Assembly (NCBI GenBank): GCA_001643675.2
Contig: LSRY02000041.1
Span: forward strand, 496,001 to 560,000
Source: Monocercomonoides exilis PA203
Lineage: Eukaryota > Protista > Preaxostyla
Direction of reading: 5' to 3'
DNA length: 64,000 nt
Both the position numbers and the translations under genes were made by a program. Below the pieces are notes generated by a model that was not told where the DNA came from, made no database searches, and was given only the letters and a program-made list of their open reading frames with translations. Positions 59,601 to 64,000 of the stretch are shown here, piece after piece. Position 1 is the stretch's first letter; every line of letters starts with the position of its first letter.

Positions 59601-62600
59601 AGTTCTGTTGCCTCTTTCTCTCTCAAATAAGAATTTTGAGAGGGAAGATTCGTCTGGGCGTATTGCAATGTGTATTTTGAGTGTTTTTTGGTGAAAGAAG
59701 AGAAGTTGATGCCGTGGGAGGGAGGGATAAGGACATGCTGAGGGAGATGGAGTGAGTAGAGACGAAGAGAAGTGGAAGAAGAAGAAGAGGAAGAAAGAGA
59801 AGAGGAAGAATTTGGATGTGAAGAAGGAGCAAATAAGCTCAAAGGATTGGATTTGTTTCGAAGGCGATAAGAAAACGATGGAGAAGAATGAAAAGAAGAA
59901 GAAGAAGAAGAAGAAATTTCATATTCAGTTGCCAAAAGGAAAGGAAATGCAACCGATACGACAGAAGGAGAAGAAATGAAGTGAATGACTGGAAGATCAT
60001 CAGAAAATGATGATGAAATTGATGAAAATTCTCCTTTTCCTCTGTTGTTCTTGTTCAACTTTGAGTTTTCTTTGCAAAAATCAACATCTTCTTCCTCTTC
60101 TTCTTGTTTTTTATTGAAATCGTCATAATATCCTTCATCATATGAATCATATGAATTGTCATCATCATCTTCTTCTTCATCTTCCTCTTCCTCTTCATCT
60201 TCATCTTCTTCCAAACACTTTTTCAAAATCTCTTCTTCTTCATTTTCTCCATCAAAGTGATCTTCCTCTTCCATTTCCTCTTCTCTTCTTCTTCGTTCTT
60301 CCTCAAATTGAGTTGAAGAAGAAGAAGAAGGTTCAGTCAGAAGAAACGGCTTGGCCACAACACAAGGGATAAGCCTACAAAAAGTGCTTTCAAACACATT
60401 TTCCTTCAAATTTCTGTCTTTTTCTTCGAATTTCAATGAAAAATCGTTTGAAAAAGAAGATTTTTTGTTAGAATCGCTGGACAAATAAGGAAATTCTGTA
60501 GAATTCCTCCTCTTCTTTCCTTCTCCTTCTCTTCCTTCTTCTTCCTTCTCATCATCATCATCATCAAAGTCAAAATCTTCATCATTAATTTCATAGTACT
60601 TATTTTTGATATGATCTGCTTCAGAATCATTATCAACTGCCACATCATCATAGCCATCTCCATCTGGAAGCCAAACTTGTGTGGTTTGTTGATTTTTGTT
60701 CTCATTTTTCGATTTTTCTTCTTCTTCTTCTTTTGTTACATTTGGTTCATCTGATATGCTTGGCTGTTCCAGAAGGATTGAATTCATTCGATTTCTGCTT
60801 CTTCTCATTCTTCTTTCGTTTGAAAGGGAAGAAGAAGAATGAGAATGAGTCAAATGAGAAGAAGAAGAAGGAGAAGGAGAAGGAGAAGAAGAAGAAGCAT
60901 TAAAAGAAGAATTATTCCTTTCATCCTTCTTTTCCTTCAGATGTTTAGTTGAGAACGTTCTGTTAGCAACGCCAAAACAGCTTGCAATTGAATCGTCTGC
61001 GAATATCTCAGCCATTTTGGAAGGAGGAAGAGAGTTGAGAGAAAGATTATACTCAGAAAAGGAGAAAGGCTTGTGTCTTTGAAGAGAATTTGATAGATTT
61101 GAAGAAGAAGTTGAAGAAAGTTTTGAAGATGAATAAGATTTTGAATGAAAAGAGAAAGAAGAAGAAGAAGAAGAATGAGAAGAAGAATGAGAAGAAGAAG
61201 AAGAAGCAAAAGCAGTTAGCAATACTTCAGAAGCAGCAAATGACTCGATAAAGTTGGATTCTATTTGACTTGCTGCAATTCTTCTGGTTGGAATTAAGTT
61301 GCTCAATTGAAGACTTAATTCTCCATTGTTCTTCTTCTTCTTCCTCTTCTTCTTCTCTAAGTTCTTCTCTAATTTCTTCTTCTTTCCTTCTTTCTCTTCT
61401 TCTTCCTTCTCTTCTTTCTCTTTCATCTTTAATATTTTCTCCAACATTTCCTTCTCTTTCAATTGACATATTCTGTTCCATTCATTGTCCATCCATAATT
61501 CTTCTAATGTTGTCTTATATGTTAATCTTTCTTCTTTTTGCTTTTTTCTTCTTTCTCCCTTTCCTTTTCCTTCTTCCTCTTTCTCTTCCTCCTCCTCCTC
61601 CTCATCATCATCATCAATTTCTTCTTCTTCTTCTTCTTCTTTTCTTATTGCCCAAAACAAAGGCAGAGGAAATGTACGAGTAGCTGCAATGTTCTGTTCT
61701 CTCATCTCGAGATGAGACAAAGCAGATGGATATTTTGTGATTGAAGGCAAATTCGAAAATGGAGAAGAAGAAGAAGAAGAATTAATATTTTTTGATGCAC
61801 TTGAAGAAGTTCTAGTTGGACTTACCGGAGGCCATGGAGCAGAAGAGACAGAAGAAAAAGAAGAGGAGGAGGAGGAAGAAGAGGAAGAGGAAGAAGATGA
61901 ATTTTTGTTAGAATTTGAACTAGAACTTGAGTCAAAGATGGAGCGAATGAAATTGCCAGCTCGTTTCATAGCGGTTTCTTTTGGTTTGTTTGTTTGTGAT
62001 GATAAAGTTGAAGGAGAAGAAGAAGAAGAAGAAGAAGAAATTGAAGAATATGTCGGATTCTCATTCATTCTTTCTTCTTCTCTTCCTTCTCCTTCTTCTC
62101 CTTCTCCTTCTCTTTCTCTTTCTCTCTTCCTCACAATCAACGAGCTCATTGGTGTCTTCAAGCTAAACTCCTTTGGCCTCTGTTTGTTATCTGCTTCAGA
62201 CTGCATCTTCAAATACTGATCAAACGTCTGAAACTCATCCATCGACAGAGAAAAAGAGATGTTTTGCTTGAATTTGTATGACAGTATCGATGCTTCTGTC
62301 ATTTTGCAACTGCTCTTGTTCTTGTCTTTGTTGTTTCTATTTCTTTTGCTTTTTCTTTTGCTTTTTCCTTTTGCTTTGATATCTTCTTCTCTTTGGCTGT
62401 CAGGCTCTTCTTCTCTTTGGCTTTCTGGCTCTTCCTCTTCTTCCTCTTCTTCCTCTTCTTCATTTCCTGTTTCCTTCACATTCATCTTCCTCTTCACTCC
62501 AACCTTCACGTTCATCTTCATCTCCATCTCCACATCCACATCCACCTCCTCCACTGCCTCCATCCTCAGCAACCTCTTCTCCTCTTCTGTAAGCTCCAGC

Positions 62601-64000
62601 CCCAACGAATGCACTCCACTCATTGACAAAGACGGCAAAACTGTCTGCATGTCCTTCTGACTCCACGCCGTGCGAGAGAAAAACATCATCGGCAGCAGCT
62701 TCTTGCTGAACCACTCACGATCATAACTCAGTGCTCTATTTCCTCCTCCTCCTCTTCCTCCTCTTCCTCTTCCTCCCTCTCTTCCTCCTCCCCCTCCTCC
62801 ACTGCTTTGTACTCGTTCTCCTGCTCTTCTTGATCGGCTTCCATGTGCCCCACCTACAATCATGTTGAAAATTTTTTCTGATTCATTTAAACCAGAAGAA
62901 GAAGAAGAAGAAAGAGAGGAAGAAGAATTCGAAGGAGAAGAAGAAGAAGAAGAATTTGATATTCTTCCATTTCCCGAGCACATAAACCCTTCTTCTTCCT
63001 GAAACACCCGTTTATCTGGATAGAAAGAGCCGAGGAGAAGAGGAGAATCTCTTATGAAAGGGATGCATTCAATGACACCCGTGGCAAAGAGCAGAGAAGA
63101 AGAAGGGTGGAAAAGGGAAGGGGAGACAGTGGTGCTGGTGAGGGTGTAGACTTGAGGGAAAGGGAAGAGGGAAGATTGGAGAGAGAGGGAAGAAGAGGAA
63201 GAAGCAGAAGAAGCAGAAGAAGCAGAAGAAATAACAGAATCTGCCTTTCTGTTCAGATTCTCATTCGCGAGAGGAGAAGAAGGAAAGCTCCATTTGATTG
63301 GGAGAGGGGGATAATGGTGTCTGATGTTGCGAGAAAGAGAGACGAAAAGAAAGCGAATGATTTGAGCGAAGCAGCTGCTGGGTGAGAAAGAAGAGAGGGA
63401 AAGAAGCATTCCGCGGAAGAAGCGGAGAACAAGGGCAGAACGATGAGAAGTAACGAGATGGAGATAAGAGAGGAGTTTGGAGTAGGAAGAGGGGGGGAGG
63501 GAGAGATTGGAAGGAAGGAAGAAAGAGGAAGAAGAGGAAGAGGAAATGGAAGAGGAAGAAGAAGAAGATGATGATGAAATTGATGATGAAATTGAAGAAG
63601 ATGAAGATGAAGAAGAATTTGAAGAAGAACCAACAAATTCGTCTTTCATTTCGTGTTCAACAAAGAATCGGATGGTTCTCTTCATCCAATTCCAACTTTT
63701 GTCCATCTCTTTCTTGTCTCTCTTCTCCATTTTCTCAATCGAACTTATCATTTTCTGCAAATCTTCAATCTTCAATGATTTTTCCCAAAATTGAATATCT
63801 TCCTTTTTTTCCCCTTCTCCTTTGAAATCTTCTTCTTCTTCTTCTTCTTCTTCCATTTTCCCTTCTTTCTCCTTCATTTTTTTCATTCCCTCGTATTTCT
63901 TCATCAGCTTCTTCTTCATTTCTCTTCTCTTCTTCCTTCTTTTCAATGTCTCTCTCATTTTCTCTCTCTCCAATTTTGTTTGAGTCGCCTCTAAAAAGCT
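50618..64000 (-). CDS. RNF123: RNF123/KPC1(RKP)-like RING E3 ubiquitin ligase, more than 4,460 aa in the window; 5' end outside the window
   Basis: C-terminal RING CEICF...FVPCGHEACHRCI...CFLC; RNF123-type motifs SRVGGDL, LYRFVPHFYVEAFL and FLLSHLVEDSRFVNPDLRE. The frame is open to position 64000; the ORF-track start is a TTG. Confidence 0.75.
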   Translation of the reverse strand, partial: SFLEATQTKLEREKMRETLKRRKKRREMKKKLMKKYEGMKKMKEKEGKMEEEEEEEEDFKGEGEKKEDIQFWEKSLKIEDLQKMISSIEKMEKRDKKEMDKSWNWMKRTIRFFVEHEMKDEFVGSSSNSSSSSSSSISSSISSSSSSSSSSISSSSSSSFFLPSNLSLPPSSYSKLLSYLHLVTSHRSALVLRFFRGMLLSLSSFSPSSCFAQIIRFLFVSLSRNIRHHYPPLPIKWSFPSSPLANENLNRKADSVISSASSASSASSSSSLSLQSSLFPFPQVYTLTSTTVSPSLFHPSSSLLFATGVIECIPFIRDSPLLLGSFYPDKRVFQEEEGFMCSGNGRISNSSSSSSPSNSSSSLSSSSSSGLNESEKIFNMIVGGAHGSRSRRAGERVQSSGGGGGGREGGRGRGGRGGGGNRALSYDREWFSKKLLPMMFFSRTAWSQKDMQTVLPSLSMSGVHSLGLELTEEEKRLLRMEAVEEVDVDVEMEMKMNVKVGVKRKMNVKETGNEEEEEEEEEEEPESQREEEPDSQREEDIKAKGKSKRKSKRNRNNKDKNKSSCKMTEASILSYKFKQNISFSLSMDEFQTFDQYLKMQSEADNKQRPKEFSLKTPMSSLIVRKREREREGEGEEGEGREEERMNENPTYSSISSSSSSSSPSTLSSQTNKPKETAMKRAGNFIRSIFDSSSSSNSNKNSSSSSSSSSSSSSSFSSVSSAPWPPVSPTRTSSSASKNINSSSSSSPFSNLPSITKYPSALSHLEMREQNIAATRTFPLPLFWAIRKEEEEEEEIDDDDEEEEEEEKEEEGKGKGERRKKQKEERLTYKTTLEELWMDNEWNRICQLKEKEMLEKILKMKEKEEKEEEEKEGKKKKLEKNLEKKKRKKKKNNGELSLQLSNLIPTRRIAASQIESNFIESFAASEVLLTAFASSSSSHSSSHSSSSSSFSFHSKSYSSSKLSSTSSSNLSNSLQRHKPFSFSEYNLSLNSLPPSKMAEIFADDSIASCFGVANRTFSTKHLKEKKDERNNSSFNASSSSPSPSPSSSSHLTHSHSSSSLSNERRMRRSRNRMNSILLEQPSISDEPNVTKEEEEEKSKNENKNQQTTQVWLPDGDGYDDVAVDNDSEADHIKNKYYEINDEDFDFDDDDDEKEEEGREGEGKKRRNSTEFPYLSSDSNKKSSFSNDFSLKFEEKDRNLKENVFESTFCRLIPCVVAKPFLLTEPSSSSSTQFEEERRRREEEMEEEDHFDGENEEEEILKKCLEEDEDEEEEEDEEEDDDDNSYDSYDEGYYDDFNKKQEEEEEDVDFCKENSKLNKNNRGKGEFSSISSSFSDDLPVIHFISSPSVVSVAFPFLLATEYEISSSSSSSFHSSPSFSYRLRNKSNPLSLFAPSSHPNSSSSLSSSSSSSTSLRLYSLHLPQHVLIPPSHGINFSSFTKKHSKYTLQYAQTNLPSQNSYLREKEATELSPSLLDVEEGLNEEERRFFIWLRMNHIPPHFADYVRQVCAFEKINQMDKKMGSSSSSSSSSSSLPLPLHPFSSTAPIGTPSTSSAFASFLSSINIQLIAQARFLCVLLWPSYEQRMFMEQNKHVFQYGWRDGEMNMEYMREREEEEEEEEEEKRRREEEGKGKENKDEVDVSSTPFYAYLGDSKQRNKNENGKINETSQNSSQTFPSQHLSLQHYCPTDEELESVGIICPPYISQQQNSQNTRSSSTTTTSSSSSSHSPSSTSTPIRPRRLTSGLSSPSAAEQALQNLSPVFSHLLPRSPSVSPTPSPSHSHTQTPQTYQSHSSTSSSSSSSSSSSADHVLSIIRRQLLVSGSLRVPSPVYLSWLRSFLKNNKNMHPKHFRSSSDSLQQSLSSYFSLYAHVSPESEGDQPQSVANLYLALILMMKPLFLQTVKAGEGEDNSMEAAFPWSESLKRAKKLRIVQEARRRIGKNAVLSVVSEELCSNLSLFPSQKASDLFTISTSNHSFSTSSASSSSSLLPPSLITTSFPHSEVSFMSDNVPFPLHPFFYVPSSDALFYGSKQHKAEIAKLDANSFSSSVLSNLSSLSSLSPSSSSSSSSSSNPVLFSTFLHMNGTRMLAARFPAEHFFCVNPTPSPPSLSHSGSSSSSSSGYSISSSPSSSSSSSSSSSFSDASSSVSSSLSSSPHSRNSPHSSSSSSSSSSLSSSSSETDQVILEHRRFADSSRYTLNPLPFHQPIPAHSLTFITSQNLSRVGGDLGAIVKDVKNRLEREEERWKRKKNEVEKIVREKETEGIALKASNAQQKGEEEEKSRPALHSPAIHRYAHDVMTQLSTEYRRNRLQLPTEGGVVVDVAWPMRGMKTNDADEDNICNNSNYDDDNVSPSSSSTLSSMKNNSESSTCSNADQHSPSSVANSLPNIDFHVHHVLSPYLNLFEAELLEIATLLFFLLSPTLIDNLHQDKDYFNSNVIKMKKELYQWRMKRKLMEEEKRMKAQGEDSTSKTGVSSVSGQTTSTATKTTEKKASTGKNEKENDQHIQSDSSESSQNCVQQVEKVNLSCLSEPQMRRTVISWLSALNHNLADVVIGTPLLNNTSKASQTISLSALPFNGINVEEGMLDHQLFLSYLLERASRGVLVPLVAQREEEEEEEEGNEEEEEEEEGYERGIEMQIDSEETTLQKEPSIENDPHDLSLHSADQVTDKDKQHCDAFYGAFANAVNRKCEEFDLESEKMNADEDEDEKVFKIMLRMKEGGEGSYDAVSTPQSHHKHENSPFHKDKNLSQFCLTDYSSSFSSSYSSSSLSSPSPAFFINKKSKQSNPHLLLAPLKQLAFQALDADIASLRCSQQNLLNTSTTNKNTVASDASSSSPPSFNSRSRHSSSANRLILSSLASPSFSLPLRGQSSLYRFVPHFYVEAFLNLTLLFPPSFSCMTNPRSIYQYNPTFLYPYANDPVGVQKMPSHPSSGYLHSSSPAFGAVEALPARSMFSSLVPLQIVNASSKIDTDIRDEKEDKQKHELSSSSLSLSLSSSSSSSISYPSTPVILPFNSDFNTNAKNAQFTASFTNYFQEESSTTLIIPSSSFASRTTPPLSAIPSASFANCLISSLSLERMVMFLLSHLVEDSRFVNPDLREEMWKWVMLMTEKSVPQMPVYDKERERLERMIIRNREFDSIDRGITNKELSNERESEVNNKSSDTSPTCSNTINMMHPCWLTPVHSPGCSNFMRLLEEVLMSRPVYGYSPVICSRGMQKTEKMKRANNSYCIDYTDTKQNGGVSHADASFVSSSESNASKDCKKNCGQFEDELEEEKELLHNPFVLPSLRPSFAISSSLMIQHAAALPLPSVLPLHSLKYYRNKVKRYIHKDCNDATSKWNDGITEEKNMERQGIIESHRNKWEINEEENEGEWRWVLQQDPIEQFIMSLAATAKRAADKGTTQTEESSSDSSSSSLTCTSTSSSSSSSSSSSSSLTANMNEKQPLFASYGDTSCAGSQIPPPLLGCPPNFLRFVQHILVSCTKDYVQCLSYFLFSPPFSVDESTYNYNQFIRSSSFSSSTAQCESSNTAHSGFYSSINAYYQKKSGISHLGSMFASSLFSPQTIKHEHNLRLSPISAAVRLFLIAAPVPVGISLEEHFKARKNALGNNCVSGGDNESASKTMDEETKESKLTRPSLIPDCFSWLSKSNSYISPSAEEEEMLLSALNNASSQSLDSSQRLHSSKEHCSLSVHSSPQTVGSLFVTNLFDTIHIHLAELMNCMRIDLKTYGSPSGGGRQSEKQEKKSKRNEANDEKKATESLYLLRKLICLNGLCESTPEIFVGVAEDPRRESEKEERMDEWLKGVECVLRFVSGDDKCGKEGVFNPNGIIELISSIRSSLKKVLSRFRLAPLFPSLIANSIELQCGFRLPTEFEKVSHHSLLSRSRCSFSYAYPLKLAPLVLSADVNISRFFEVFSTTLSILNLCYNKQLSLYIPLSVPHLIQCNFSFICLLKEIALGLIALVQTESNGEAVIKSMLSSAIMRFIRQEISHRTSKTNPEKETSLKGQDVAGKVIMLVDEKLQQLDAILSKVCTDEDETWTGFMNATLNRHVESVRSSTKTNAGAVSSNKNHAGSASGKDAKAKENVFCWKQNFNRWTLVQDFPSIIPSSSSNEQKCEIEDIPSIPKEIRFPPLHPLILRGLQSSPLSVAELSVLIEYAQNPSLLVSEALVGDEEYTFFDKCGEKIEGEEEIAMSMTERQQRMQWKIRSNLEKLVEVGERAVNLHNNKLKEEISDWWVERSNRFKSAFESKGKNLKNDVVKDLIANDSVNMNGLTRLINSRPPLVYQLLSVLYRLRDESVRFDMEQADFKRKLHKLEEEIKKKKEQDESSSSKTTADSDRKREDGSTLLEQESIEEDDDEDLCEICFTEKRDACFVPCGHEACHRCIIRQLQHSQRCFLCNANVIRWKYIDEKEHGDKKIDGAEHEQAIEEKDSKRTSYHEDSYCTKYCISLPSNHEVDEFIDGSPFYNE

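Noticed and set aside
63971-63973. Start codon of the 4451-aa ORF
   Set aside because: It is a TTG and the frame stays open to the window edge.

Overview
Eukaryotic protist DNA in the standard genetic code, with short GT-AG introns (donors often GTTTG), AT-rich intergenic DNA and proteins inflated by Ser/Glu/Lys tracts. By style it is most likely an oxymonad such as Monocercomonoides (inference). Core genes: a giant MON2-like gene (- strand, 4 short 5' introns, runs off the left edge, missed by the ORF track), histones H2A and H2B flanking a 2.5-kaa RRM/low-complexity gene, a duplicated-domain type I surface protein, a TMEM185-like membrane protein, two intact paralogues of a lineage-specific helical family, and a giant RNF123/KPC1-like RING E3 ligase that runs off the right edge. 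The accessory part holds a decayed DIRS-like tyrosine-recombinase retrotransposon (25812-31134) that truncates a third copy of the helical family. It is abutted tail-to-tail by a 0.7-kb non-autonomous relative (31133-31830). There are also foldback/MITE-like hairpins and pseudogene debris. Best leads: (1) a U-run followed by a perfect 12-bp hairpin in the DIRS gag, exactly where both other reading frames open, suggesting one recoding site feeding both the RT and the recombinase ORFs; (2) the autonomous/non-autonomous pair joined through a shared AT, with conserved terminal hairpins and a CATCCGC-N12-CATCCGC motif; (3) a shared non-canonical GUGUU-UWUW-AACAC stem-loop downstream of both histone genes. 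All alignments were done by eye.
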